A stretch of DNA of 64,000 nucleotides from Podarcis filfolensis (taxonomy: Eukaryota). Below the pieces are notes generated by a model. The model saw only the letters and a list, made by a program, of their open reading frames with translations, had not been told where the DNA came from and ran no database searches. Positions 1 through 12,186 of this stretch are shown piece by piece. The stretch lies in the NCBI GenBank assembly GCA_964270895.1, contig OZ185441.1; one strand, written 5' to 3'. The position numbers were made by a program, and so were the translations under genes. Each line of letters opens with the position of its first letter. Position 1 is the first letter of the stretch.

Positions 1-2035
1 TGTCCTACTGAAATGAAAGAGATTGAAGTCTAAATAATTTGTGAGGGACAGGGTAAGATTGCCAGGTTAACTTTTAACATGTTTTAGCAATTATGAGATG
101 CTTTTAGTATCAGTTTCATCTCACATGCATTTACAAAGACAAAGTAGAACACCTGAGAAGTTGTCCTAACAAGCATTCTGATGCAGCCGGTACCAGCTGG
201 CCTGTGTCTCAAGAAATATTAGCAAAGTGACACCAAAGAAGGTAAAGTGATACTAACAAGGTAAAATGCCAGTGTTTTGGATATGGTACTTAGCCCTGAT
301 TTCCATAGGTATATCCACCCTCCTTTGACATTTATTCATTGGTGGCTGTTTCATGCATGCAAGACATTCCTTAATGTTGCAGTCACAAAGTGATGAATAT
401 ACATGCATGAATTCAGCCTTAGGTGGGGTTTATTAGATGGTGCTGAGGCAGACAGGAGAGGATGGCACATCATGTGTACAACCAGAGAATAGCCCAAACC
501 ACAGTATTCATGAATTATGTATATCTGTGTTTTGAAGCTATGGATATGTACTTGGAAGTAGGTTCTATCAAAGTTAATGCATTCAGTATGCTTAGATAAT
601 GTGGTGCCAGCCTATACCAGTCCATATCAAACTATACCTTGATTAAATCTGTCTATCTGGTGCCTATTTGATTATGGATTGGACAGTAAACTACATTTGA
701 AGTTAGTATTCTGACATTTTAACTGGGATTTAAAACAGGGTAGGGCTTGGGTTTTCGTTTTGCCCATTAACATAAATCGTATGAGCAATAATGTGCAAAT
801 AAAAAAAAACTTTTTTGAAATTCTGGGGAGTGGAAATGCTAAATGTTAATTTGAGACGTCAATTATCAGTGTTGGTTTCCCCCCTCTTTCATTTTTTAAA
901 AATCTGAAAGATCTGAGATTTAGGGCAGGCTTATGCCTTGAAACCACAGGGAACAATTATGAATGGGTTAGCTCCATAGGCAGCAGTAATATGTAAAACA
1001 GCTTGCTCTGATTATGGATAGATTTTCTGTGCCAGCCCCAAGAACAACCAAGAATATGCAGTTCTTGTGTTAACCAATAATATGTGGGTGATCAACATGA
1101 TCCATTGCTTCCACATGCTGTGTTGGTCCCGCAGAGCTATATTTTTGCTGAAGCATTCCTAACAGCTTTCCACATGGTGACTGTAACCTAAGAACTGCCC
1201 CTTGGTAATCAGATTCCATTACTATCAGTTCATTTCAAATAAATACTTAATCTCAGAAATTGTATGTTAAAGTTTCTTTTTGAGATGCTGCTCCAAGGAA
1301 AGCCCCTTTCCCAATGTAGACTGACCACTAAGTAAGCTGCTCATCTGCACATCAACACAGTTCTCAGTGAAATTTATTTCCATGTAAACAGCTTAGTTCC
1401 CCTACAAGTCAATGCCAACGGATAAACGCTCGTTGTTGCAGTGGTGTACTGTCATTGTGAGTCAACCAGTATCATCACAACAGGATGAGTAATTAGTAGG
1501 TATGGTGCAATATAGTTACAAAGTGGTATGAAATTAGAAAAATGTTACAGAATTAGTCAACACAGAGCCAACTATTTTGGCACAAGCTGATGATCTCATA
1601 CTACCAGCCCATTCATATGGGATTGCACCCGAGAAGCATCAGGAATCTGCACTCAGCCAGGTTGTGGTTCTGGTCTAGATGCAGATATCCAGGAGCACCA
1701 CAGCAGTACATACCTTATACTCCAGTCTGTGAAGGCATCCATTTCCACCACCTGTACTACTGAACATCTGGTTTGTAGGAGAAAGGAGGGCTTCTTGAAG
1801 ACTACTGCTTACCGGTACATCCAGGTCCGTAGCTCAGGATGAGAGTCAATTTGAATGAATTATGCATCTACTATGAAACTGTAAGCAATAATCACAAACA
1901 AACTGTATGTACACGGTAGTTTGAATTCTGATAAGGATTGCTTTTTTCTAATGGATCCATCCTTTCCCTCCATATATTGATAGCCTGTGTTTAGATGGAT
2001 GAGTTAACAGCTTGCATTCTCCCTGTCAAATATCG

Positions 2036-2255
2036 GTAACATAAGAAGAGCCTAGCTGGATCAAGCCAAAGGCCCATCTATTCTCACAATGGCCAACCTG
2101 ATGACCATGGGGAAGCCTGCAAGCAGAGCATGAATAAAACAGCATTCTCCCCATTTGTGACTTTCAGCAACTGGTATTCAGAGTCATGCTGCCTCAAGCA
2201 GTTGGGGTAGAACATAGGCATCCTGACTAGCACTCACTGATAGCCTTATCCCCTA
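2036..2255 (-). mobile_element. Old CR1 3' fragment
   Basis: aacataagaagagcc..ctggatca terminus typical of CR1 reverse complements; diverged. Confidence 0.55.
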
Positions 2256-2865
2256 GTGCTTCATTAATGGCACTCTTAAGCACATTTCTCTGAGATGCCT
2301 CCACTGAGATTGCCCTGCCCCTGCAGCTTCCATAATCTGAGTAGGCAAGAGGGTGGCAGGGACGAAAATGGCATCAGCAAACTATGAGCCCGGCCCAAGG
2401 GCTCGGCTGCTCAGTTATTTCAGGGGCAAATCTCTGCAAGAAGGTTTAGAACTATAAAAATAAGCAAGACAAAAGGAATGGATGATTGGAGCATTAGATT
2501 GCAATCCTATAGAAATTTAGGTGGGATTCAATCCCAAGGAACACAATGGGACTATTATGCACTGATAGTCTTCCTCTTATACAGTTTTTCAATTCAGGCA
2601 TCTGTACAATTTTAACATATCCCTTGGGTGTTAGTTCTTGCTTTGTTAATGCTTTAGGAGAGACTAAAAAGCATGGGATGCTCTAGAGAACCACCATATC
2701 ATCTTCTTCTGGGTCTTACTAATTCATTTTATCATGTAGCCAGCAATCACCACAGTGCTGACATCCCTTGGGACCCTGCAACAGCCATTCCTGTCATGTG
2801 TATTCATCATACAGTTTCATTTTGCTGTCCATTTCTCTGAGCAGAGCCTAGTCCCAAAGACAACC

Positions 2866-3174
2866 TGTGTCTTATTAGTGAAGAGAAATGGAGACTCATG
2901 CTGTCCTCTGTAATCACAACTGTTTATTTACAGTTTCCAGGACCAAACCAATAAAGTTTGCTGCCTGAGGTTAAGGACAAGATGGCAACCTTCCCCCCAG
3001 TCTACAAAAGTCAACCAGACTGGCAACTGAGTATCTTGCATTCAACATTAGTGACAGGACAATATCCTCTACCACACCTGAGGGAGGCAGGCTAATTTAC
3101 AGAGACACAGTAGTCTTCATAGTACACACAGTGCTATCCTCCAACACCTTGCCACATTCCCACCCCCACCCCCC
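2866..3174 (-). mobile_element. Possible degraded 3' LTR with polypurine tract
   Basis: On the minus strand a G-rich tract (3157-3174) abuts tgtggcaa; AATAAA at 2923-2928. The left boundary is uncertain. Confidence 0.35.
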
Positions 3175-3707
3175 AGTGTTCACTGCCTAAGGTGACTGCT
3201 TTACTCTTCCTAGTGACAGAACTGGCCCAGTCGTTTTTGCAGGTTGGGCAAAGGGGCAGGTACCAAGCATGCACATTGTACTAGCCCTAGAACAGCATCA
3301 GTTGCTAAAAAGCAAGACCATGCTCTCACCCGAGACCCCTTGCCAGTCAGAAGGGTAAACTCAAAATATGTTTCTTTGGCCAGATTTGGGGGAAGGGGGC
3401 GAAGTGCGGGGGGATCTCTCTGAAAAACACAACAAAACACCCACTCCTCCAACTCCCTCACATCTGATGAAGTTCAAAGAGGCAAAAGGGAAGACAAGGA
3501 AGACAAACCCTCAGTCAACAGCAGCTAATTAGTGACAAAGTAAAATTCTTCCGAAGTCCTGCAAAGCAGTAACAACTAGCAATGGCTCAGTAAGTCATGT
3601 GTTAAGAGTGAGAGACAAAGCAAAGACAGGGGCCATTTGCCAATAGCTCCAGGAGAAGCAGCCGAACAAAATAAAAATGGAATCATTCAAAACTGGCATC
3701 AGTAATA

Positions 3708-3946
3708 CAGTGGTACCTCAGGTTACGAACTTAATTCATTCTGGAGCTCCGTTCTTAACCCGAAACCATTCTTAACCTGAGAAGCGCTTTCGCTAATGGG
3801 GCCTCCCACTCCCACCACACCACCAGCGCACATTTCTGTTCTCATTCTGGGGCAAAGTTCTCAACCCAAAGTACTACTTCAGGGTTAGCGGAGTTTGTAA
3901 CCGAAGTGTTTGTAACCTGAAGCGTTTGTAACCTGAGGTACCCCTG
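3708..3946. mobile_element. Tc1/mariner-superfamily (pogo/Tigger-like) MITE
   Basis: Terminal inverted repeats (TIRs) cagtggtacctc..gaggtacccctg; TA TSD. Confidence 0.88.
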
Positions 3947-6253
3947 TAGTGGCTTCTTTTGCCCACCCCACCACTAGCCTCATCAGTTCTTCCCTCAACG
4001 AACCCTTACTTCTGCAGATACAGTTTAGTGTTCGGGAGGAAACAAATTGATAATTCTGAGTAAACTGTCTTTCCCCCCTCCTTCTACACTCCCTTTTAGG
4101 CATAACACAGGTCACAAATGCTGGCAATGAGAGTGACTCATATTCTTCAAAAACCTCTACCTTATGTTAATTCATTATCTGTCCCTGGACACTAAACAGG
4201 ACAAAATGACTCAGTGACAGACAGACAGACAGACAGACAGACAATAGCAAGGAAGTGAGGCTGAGGCATTTATATCTTAAAGACAGATTATGCTACAGCT
4301 TTATCCCTGAAACGAAAAAGATGTTTTATTTTAAGAGACAAAATAAGAGTTCATATTCATTAGAATAAGAACCAACATCTTTAGGACAGTTGAATTTTCA
4401 GACTTCCACAGGCAATTTGCTCTGGAGGGACTTTTCTTTTGTGCACCTGCTCTCTGCATGTCGACATCGCCCTGATGGGCCTACGGGGTGCTGGTGGGCA
4501 GATGGTTCTGTGCCGCAGCAGGAAGCAATAGGCTGTAATGGCCATCTGGTCCCTTCCAGTTCTACTCGCCATGCCATGAAATAAATTGCTCAAGGATCAA
4601 AGCTTGATGACCCAAAACTGAGAACGGCAGTGCAAACACATTGATGTGGCAAATACTGCTGCAGCAGCATGGCCAGGACAACAAGCCAGCACCAAAGTTC
4701 AGGAAGGGAGCGTAAATATTTATGGTGGTACCAATATATTTTTCTTCACAAGTGGCTAGATGAAAAGTTATGGCTTAGTGTTGTGGAGGAAATGTGCCGT
4801 AGTTTATTCCAGGAATGTGCCATTTAATAACCCCTTGCTAAACTAACTTACCAACATGATCTTCAGATAGCTGGGCTGCTCTCCCCTGCTCTTAATCCCA
4901 ACCTTGGCATATAAACCATATCCAGCACAATATCCAGTTATTTTTTAGCTTCTCATTACAGCATGGAACCTTGCAACTGGAGCATGTGAATACTGAGAGA
5001 GAAAGTCACCTTGCAGTGACTCTTTCACTACACAATTTATTATGTAAATTGGCCTACAGTGAATGCAATTCAAAAGGCTAATTCAATGACCCAACTCAAA
5101 TTTTATGTTGATGAAAGAGCACATGTCTCAGGCCACGTCTCCTTGCAGCTGTAATGTACAAGCCCTCTGTCAGGGCTCCTTGCACATTTGATTCACAATA
5201 GGAATTGGGGGTGTGGGTGGGGGCGTTGTGTAATTAAATTCAACTTATATGCCTGAGAACATTTCCTGATTTATTAGCAATGCTGTTAGTTTTGGCTGAG
5301 AAAGATGTGTTAGGAGACTGGAGAGCTATTTAAAGCAAAAGAAGAATCTTTTCTGAGCATTTCACTAACAACATGATAGATATATTCCATATTGCTGACT
5401 TTTATTTTAATCACCTGCCAGAATGCAACAGCGTGTTGAAGGATGATGCGTCAGAAAGAGACTGTGATTCCAAAGCGCTATTAGAAATCCCTGAAGTCCG
5501 CAAAGAACACAAGCAATGGAGTGAAGAAATATTTAAGCTGGCAGCAAAAGTCCATTTTTACAACTCATTTATTCATAGAAATATCTCCCTCTAGTTTGCT
5601 ATGTTTATTACGCAATATAAACACAAACTGAGAAAGGTAGAAGTAGATTTGGCAAGTCTGAGCTGAAGAACTGTGGGGTCTGATCATCTGTTTGTTCAAC
5701 TCTGCTTCAAAACGTCACACATTTTCTACATGAAGCTCTCAGTCTTGTAGAATTTACCATATAAAGTATATGTGATGGTGGCACATATATCACTTCTGTT
5801 ATTCCATTTTGTACATCAACAGCCTTTCCATAAAGCAATATGGTAAAGTGCAGTGATCAGCCATCCATAGTTTTCATGCTATTTCTCATGTGCTTGACCA
5901 CACTTCATATTTAGTTGGGGTGATCTGGAGTTGTCTCATACTGATCCAGCAGAAGCCAAAATCAGCGCAAATTTGGTCAACTAAGTTCTTATCCATGCTT
6001 AACTTTTGCCCTCCTCTTTCCATGCTTGGGTCTGGACATTAACACTCTGTATGCAATGTGGATTTTTTATTTTGTTGTGTTTTGACCTGATCTTTCCGGG
6101 CAAAAACTCATTCTTTGAAGCTGAATTGGAGCAAACATCAATTTGGGTTTTCTGCAGATTGTTTTTTTCTCCAATTGAGCTTTAAAGAGTGGGTTTTCAC
6201 TGTGAAAGCATAGGAGCATGAAAAAAAGGGTGCTCAGACATGGAGCTTTAAAT

Positions 6254-6950
6254 TGTGTTTCGAGGACCCGATCCCCGCTTTGTGGAACGAAGACACACAG
6301 ACACAGAGTATAAGGTTAATGGGCAAGAAAAGGCCACAACTTTATTGATTACAGCAAGTGAGAAGGTATTGGCTTAGGCATTGGACCACGACAGATTGAC
6401 TCCACCCACTCGGAGAGGGGTGAGCCCAAAGGGGGTTTATTCACCAGAAGGTGGAGCCTGTTGATGCTAATACAACTATAAGCTCTCCCCTGATGTCACC
6501 GAGGGTCGTGCCATGGCCCCCCGCCACACAGGCATCAGACAGGATCCACGACCGCCGGATTCCTTTAACGGAATACCCAAATTTGAAGGGGTAGGCGATG
6601 GCCACACCTAGCCCTTCCACACACCATCAACACATTCCAATGCCTAACCGCCACCCGAGCCCAAGAGGCTTGCCACCAATACCCTCACAGCTGTAACCAA
6701 TCCCTAATACTGTTGATGATGCTACCTAACCAAATATTGTTCCCCCGATCTGAAAGATGAACCCCATCATCCCAGAACAAGGCCTGATCACCTATCCGGA
6801 TACCATCATGAGAAATAAATGAGGCGGAATGGCTGGCACAGCAGTAAGTTAAACTGCAAACCACGCCCCCTCCAAGCCGCCCAGTTGGGCGCTTACCTGT
6901 GGGCGTGGTGCGCCAGCCAGGTGAGTGGGGCAGGGGGCGCAATAAAACAA
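6254..6950 (-). mobile_element. Probable solo LTR (ERV/Gypsy-like)
   Basis: GC-rich 697-bp block flanked by TAAAT at 6249-6253 and 6951-6955; minus-strand AATAAA at 6341-6346. One terminus is non-canonical (..acaa). Confidence 0.6.
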
Positions 6951-7615
6951 TAAATTATTATTATTATTAACACAGTGAGTTTTTACCGTGCAAACTGCAA
7001 GTTGAATGGTGAAATGTAAGTTTTCTGTTTCACACAACAAAAAAGGCATAGCAAATATAGGGACCTTAAAATTAACACATTGTGCAAATTTCACATGAGA
7101 AAATCCTCTTAAAGATTGTAAACGGGGCATGTTTAGAATGTATTTGCTATGCTCCACTGCCATCTGTCTATAGAAAGTTAATTAATGAGCTTTAATAAAA
7201 TAATGGCTGCTTGGGAAAATGCTTGTTAATAGGTCACATCATCGAGTCACATTCATAATAAGAGGTGTAATTAAACAGCTGAAGAGTCATTAAAGATTTT
7301 GCTTCTCAATGATTGTTCTGTTTTTCTGGGGAAACACTTTCTCTGGGAAAATTACTTTGTATTGCCTTTCAACGCTAGTTAAAATGCAATACAAAGTAGC
7401 ATACAAAAGTAACATGCAAAGTAACAATACAAAAGCAAATGTGTTTTCCTCCTCCTCATAGTTCCTGAAAAGAGTCACTCACACACAGCACAATCTGGAC
7501 CGAATCCAGAATGGGGATTCCTAACACACAAACCAAACAGATTTACAACAGCCAGCTGCAATGGAATTGAGCTCTTTTGCTAAAGGTGACCCACTTAACA
7601 AAGTATGTCTGATAT

Positions 7616-7985
7616 TGTTATGTACTGAGTTGAATAGGATCCAAACTGCAGCAGTCTGATTGGTCCTAGAACAATAGGATCCAAAAGGAAGCAGTCTGAT
7701 TGGTCCTAGAACAATAGGATTCAGAATGCAGCAGTCTGATTGGTCCTAGAACAATGCAGCAGTATGATTGGTTGGCAGGAACCACCCAATCATGCTCCAG
7801 ATAGAAGTGAATCCACAACCTGATTGGCTTACAGTAGAATTCCGGAATTAACCAATCATGTGCAGCCCATTGTGTAAATAATGTATATAAAGCAGATACC
7901 TTGAGGGGACTTTCATTCATTCCTCCTCACCACTATGAGCTGAATAAAGAGCATGAAATCACTTTGCGACTCTGAGTATATTTCA
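7616..7985 (+). repeat. 5' LTR of Gypsy element
   Basis: tgttatg...tatttca; TATATAAA at 7884-7891; AATAAA at 7943-7948. Differs from the 3' LTR at only 7851 and 7870. Confidence 0.97.
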
Positions 7986-7986
7986 C

Positions 7987-8004
7987 TGGCGACGAAGGTG
8001 GGAT
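7987..8004 (+). promoter_or_regulatory. Primer-binding site, tRNA-Ser(GCT)-like
   Basis: TGGCGACGAAGGTGGGAT begins 1 nt after the LTR. It is complementary to the 3' end (..ATCCCACCTTCGTCGCCA) recalled for vertebrate tRNA-Ser-GCT. Confidence 0.8.
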
Positions 8005-8110
8005 CCCGCTGAGCTGACTGCCACACACAGCACCGCAGCACCGCCACCTGCCGCACCGCTGCCTCGCACTGTGTATCCAGGCTTCAGCTCCGGGACACAA
8101 GGAACTCAGA

Positions 8111-10195
8111 ATGGCAACCGACAGCAGCTTCTCGCCGTTCAACCCAGCATCTGGAGACTGGGAAGCGTACGCCTCCCGTTTCACCTTCCTCCTAGAAGCC
8201 AAAGGGGTCACCGATGAAGAAGACGCCAAGAAGAGGGCAATATTCTTCAGCGTCTGCGGAGAGGAGACGTTTGAAATCGCCCGGGCTCTCCTTGCGCCTG
8301 AAGACGTCGCTACTGTTCCATACAAAACAATAATGGAACAGCTGAAGGGGCACTTTTCGCCACAGCCCTCAGTGGTGGCTCGTCGAAATGCCTTCTACGC
8401 AAAGCGGCAAGCCCCTGGGGAAACCATAACTGGGTTTGTGACCTCTCTCCGCCAAGCCGCCCGGTTCTGCAACTTCTCAGAGCTGGAGAACATGCTTCGG
8501 GACCGCCTCGTCGGTGGCCTGAAGGATGAGAAGCTGCAACGACGCCTCTACGCTAAGAAGAACCTAACGTTCCAGGTCGCTCTGGAGGAGGCCCTGGCAA
8601 CGGAAGCTGCCAAGAGGTCGACGCAAGAGGCACGGCCGAGCCAGCCGTCCCAACCGAGGGTCCACCACGAAGACCTCACCGACGACTCAGGATCCAACAG
8701 GGAGGAGGTGCACCGAGTACAGCAGCGCACTCAAGCAGCCCACATACCACAGCTGCCTCGACGAGAAGGAGGGAACTGCGCAAGCTGTGGAGAAAGTCAC
8801 GAGAGGAGGACCTGCCGTTTCCGCAACACAGAGTGCAGGCAGTGCAGAAAATTGGGACACATCGCCCGGGTGTGTCGGGCTCGGCCCACCCGACGCCAGG
8901 CATCAGATGACCAATCCAAGAGCCCCAGGTCCCGGGGCCCAACGCACCAAGGCAACTCGACGGAGCTCACGGACTTCCAGGTATACCAGTTGCCCCACCC
9001 CAACGTAGAGAAAATTTATGTGGAGGTACAGATAGAGGGGGCCCCATGCCGCATGGAGCTTGACACGGGTTCAACTCTATCCATAATCTCAGCAAGGACC
9101 TTAAGGAAACTGTGTCCTACTGGGGGTCCCAAACTCAGGCCGGCCCCATTCACCCTCCGGGACTTCCAGAAACGTAAGGTCCCCACAATAGGGGTGGGGA
9201 CCTTCAGGGTGCAATACCGAGGGCGGACGCGGCAACTGGACTTGCTTGTGGTCAAGGGCCCCTACATTAGCTTACTGGGATTGGCATGGTTTGGACCACT
9301 GGGGCTAGCCGTCACCGGGGTGAACCACACGAGCTTACAAGTGGACGTGGACGCCATATGCAAGGAATTTCCAGGGGTTTTCGATGGGAAATTGGGACAG
9401 TATACAGGCCCCCCCATTGCTCTACAGCTTGACCCCACAGTACGACTGGTCAGGCTCAAGGCCCGCCGGGTCCCGTTCGCCCTGAAACCCTGTATAGACG
9501 AGGAATTGGACCAACTCATGGAGCAAGGAGTGCTGGAGCCGGTGCCTAATGCCCCCTGGGAAACCCCAATCATCACACCCGTCAAGCCTAATGGTTCGGT
9601 CCGCATCTGCGCAGACTACAAATGTACCATAAACAAGGCCCTCACAGCCCATGCATACCCAGTGCCAGTGGTCAGCCATGTCCTTGCCACCCTGGCTGGG
9701 TCGAAAATTTTTGGCAAGCTGGACTTGGCCCAAGCATATCAACAGCTGCCAGTAGATGAGGCCACAGCAGAGGCACAGACGATTGTGACGCACAGAGGAG
9801 CGTTCAGGGTAAAGCGGCTGCAATTCGGTGTCAGCGTGGCACCAGGCATATTCCAGAATCTAATGGACTCTCTCCTTAAAGGGATTCCTGGTGTCACCCC
9901 CTTCTTCAATGATGTGTTGATTGCCAGGCCCACACTAGAGGAGTTTGAGGACCGCCTCCGCACCGTTCTGCACCGTTTCCAGACGGCGGGTCTCAAGGTG
10001 AAGCGGGAAAAATGTCTACTAGGAGTGCCTCAGGTGGACTTTCTGGGATTTATGGTGAACGCAGAAGGGGTCCACCCGACTGGGGACAAGGTACGGGCCA
10101 TTTGTGATGCCCCAGCGCCCAAGAACAAGACTGAACTTCAGGCCTTCTTGGGACTATTGAACTTTTACCATTCCTTCCCCACAAGGCAGAGGTAG
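8111..10195 (+). CDS. Gag-protease-RT part of gag-pol (ends at a frameshift)
   Basis: Zinc knuckles CASCGESHERRTC and CRQCRKLGHIARVC; protease LDTGS; RT motifs ICADYK, KLDLAQAYQQL, LQFGVSVAPGIFQ; the YxDD position reads FFND. Confidence 0.92.
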   Translation: MATDSSFSPFNPASGDWEAYASRFTFLLEAKGVTDEEDAKKRAIFFSVCGEETFEIARALLAPEDVATVPYKTIMEQLKGHFSPQPSVVARRNAFYAKRQAPGETITGFVTSLRQAARFCNFSELENMLRDRLVGGLKDEKLQRRLYAKKNLTFQVALEEALATEAAKRSTQEARPSQPSQPRVHHEDLTDDSGSNREEVHRVQQRTQAAHIPQLPRREGGNCASCGESHERRTCRFRNTECRQCRKLGHIARVCRARPTRRQASDDQSKSPRSRGPTHQGNSTELTDFQVYQLPHPNVEKIYVEVQIEGAPCRMELDTGSTLSIISARTLRKLCPTGGPKLRPAPFTLRDFQKRKVPTIGVGTFRVQYRGRTRQLDLLVVKGPYISLLGLAWFGPLGLAVTGVNHTSLQVDVDAICKEFPGVFDGKLGQYTGPPIALQLDPTVRLVRLKARRVPFALKPCIDEELDQLMEQGVLEPVPNAPWETPIITPVKPNGSVRICADYKCTINKALTAHAYPVPVVSHVLATLAGSKIFGKLDLAQAYQQLPVDEATAEAQTIVTHRGAFRVKRLQFGVSVAPGIFQNLMDSLLKGIPGVTPFFNDVLIARPTLEEFEDRLRTVLHRFQTAGLKVKREKCLLGVPQVDFLGFMVNAEGVHPTGDKVRAICDAPAPKNKTELQAFLGLLNFYHSFPTRQR

Positions 10196-10236
10196 CGGAG
10201 CCCCTACACAGACTCCTGGACAAGCGGGCCCCTTGG

Positions 10237-12186
10237 ATGTGGGGCCAGCGCCAGGAGGACGCATTCCAGGCAGTCAAGGACTTGCTTGTCTCAAACTCGG
10301 TCTTGGCACACTTCGACGAGAGGCTGCCGGTGGTGCTAGCATGCGACGCCTCGCCCTATGGCATTGGCGCTGTCCTGGGACACCAACTCCCGGATGGAAG
10401 AGAGGTACCAGTGGCATACTTTTCCCAGACACTCAACGCAACCAAGCGGAACTACTCGCAAATTGACAAGGAGGGTCTGGCAATCGTGAAGGGAGTAAAA
10501 AAATTCCATGATTTCTTGTACAGGCGGCCCTTCACCGTGGTGACTGACCACAAGCCGTTGCTTGGCTTGTTTGCCCCCAAAAAGCAGACCCCCCAAGTGC
10601 TGTCTCCTCGCGTCCTCAGGTGGTCAATTTTCCTTGCCAGCTACCAGTATGCACTGATTCACCACCCTGGGAAGGCGATGGGCCATGCGGACGCCCTCAG
10701 CAGGCTACCACTACCGGAAACAGGCCCCGACCCAGCACCTGCACAAGAGGTTATGAGCCTGGAGCTGCTTCCCGACCGCCCCATTCAGGCACAAGAAGTT
10801 GCACACCATTCCAAGAAAGATAGGGTCATCTCCCGGGTCCTGGACTGGGTGTGGAGGGGATGGCCCAGCAGCAGCCCCGGGCCAGAATTCGCCGGCTACA
10901 CAACCCGCAAACATGAACTGTCGGCCCACAAGGGGTGCCTGTTATGGGGAAGCAGGGTCGTTGTTCCCCAGCCCCTCTGCAAAAGGGTCCTCACAGCCCT
11001 ACACGAGACACACCCAGGGGTAGTAAGAATGAAGGCCCTTGCCAGGAGTTATGTGTGGTGGCCGGGGATTGATGGAGAGATAGAGGCCTGGGTCAAACAC
11101 TGCCAGGCCTGCCAAGAATCCCGCCCAGATCCCCCAAGGGCCCCAGTCCAGTCCTGGGAGTCCGCCCAAGCACCATGGTCACGCCTGCATGTGGACTTCT
11201 CTGGCCCCTTTCAGGGGAAAACATTCTTCATAGTGGTGGACTCCTACACCAAATGGCTGGAAGTCGCACTGGTACCGTCCACTTCTACGTCCGCAGCCAT
11301 CCGGGTACTACGCAGGCTGTTTGCAACCCACGGGCTCCCTGACACTCTCGTCTCAGACAACGGGACTGCATTTACGTCAGGAGAATTCCAAACCTTCACA
11401 GCGCAGAACGCCATCCGACACATCTGTTCGGCGCCATTCCACCCTGCCACCAATGGCCAAGCAGAACGCATGGTGCGGACCACCAAGGACACCCTTCGCC
11501 GCATGACGCAAGGGGATTGGGAGTACCGCCTTGCCACATTCCTTCTAGCACAGCACAGCACCCCCAGCTCAACGACTGGCCAGAGCCCCGCTGAACTACT
11601 AATGGGTCGGCGCCTTGCAATCAGATTGGACCGCCTTCACCCCGATAGAGCTCAGGATGAGGTAGTGGTGGGGGAAGGCAGGAACCCCCGGACCTTCGAG
11701 GCCCAGGACCCAGTGTACGCAAAGAATTTTGGGGCAGGCCCTGCATGGGTACCCGCCACAGTCACCAGGGTCACTGGCCCCATGTCGTACGAGGTGCTAA
11801 CAGATGGGGGGCAATGCTGGCGCCGCCACTGCGACCAGATACGGCGACGATTCCCGGGAGAAAACCAGGAGGAGGAGGACAGGTCAGAGGAGTCCCAAGG
11901 GAACAGTGGGGCAGTGAGGCCCATAGAGCAGCAGGGGCAAGCAGGAGAGGCAGAATCAGTAAATACAGAGAGGACCCGTGAGGCTGAAAGGACACTGGAA
12001 CCAGAACCACGACTGAGCGAGCCAGTTGCGCCAGACCATACAGCCCCATCACAGCCAGCATCCTTGGAACACAAGCCAGAACCTGAACCCCGGACCAGGG
12101 AACACCCCAGGCCGCAACGCACACGTAGGCCGCCGGCGTACCTTGGGGACTATGAATGCGACCTCCCAGGCAGGACTGGAACTTAG
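10237..12186 (+). CDS. RNase H-integrase part of pol (out of frame with the upstream ORF)
   Basis: RNase H LACDASPYGIGAVL and TDHKPL; integrase HHCC (LHETHPG..CQAC); DDE core (VDFSGP, SDNG, AERMVRT). The frame is open upstream of the annotated Met back to about 10178 (HKAEVAEPLHRLL). Confidence 0.92.
   Translation: MWGQRQEDAFQAVKDLLVSNSVLAHFDERLPVVLACDASPYGIGAVLGHQLPDGREVPVAYFSQTLNATKRNYSQIDKEGLAIVKGVKKFHDFLYRRPFTVVTDHKPLLGLFAPKKQTPQVLSPRVLRWSIFLASYQYALIHHPGKAMGHADALSRLPLPETGPDPAPAQEVMSLELLPDRPIQAQEVAHHSKKDRVISRVLDWVWRGWPSSSPGPEFAGYTTRKHELSAHKGCLLWGSRVVVPQPLCKRVLTALHETHPGVVRMKALARSYVWWPGIDGEIEAWVKHCQACQESRPDPPRAPVQSWESAQAPWSRLHVDFSGPFQGKTFFIVVDSYTKWLEVALVPSTSTSAAIRVLRRLFATHGLPDTLVSDNGTAFTSGEFQTFTAQNAIRHICSAPFHPATNGQAERMVRTTKDTLRRMTQGDWEYRLATFLLAQHSTPSSTTGQSPAELLMGRRLAIRLDRLHPDRAQDEVVVGEGRNPRTFEAQDPVYAKNFGAGPAWVPATVTRVTGPMSYEVLTDGGQCWRRHCDQIRRRFPGENQEEEDRSEESQGNSGAVRPIEQQGQAGEAESVNTERTREAERTLEPEPRLSEPVAPDHTAPSQPASLEHKPEPEPRTREHPRPQRTRRPPAYLGDYECDLPGRTGT

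Noticed and set aside
4640-4690. LLQQYL as a possible AKAP7 RII-helix exon
   Set aside because: Only QQYL matches; there is no [10 protein letters not shown] context or suitable acceptor.
5373-5594. Plus-strand 73-aa ORF
   Set aside because: No recognisable domain; the splice signals here favour a minus-strand exon.
7666-7920. Identical 84-aa antisense ORFs at 7666-7920 and 12247-12501
   Set aside because: They are the same LTR sequence read twice, with no coding hallmarks.
10161-10200. Programmed ribosomal frameshift in pol
   Set aside because: The break lies inside the RT-RNaseH connection, there is no X XXY YYZ slippery heptamer, and a residue appears to be missing from the motif, which fits a deletion.
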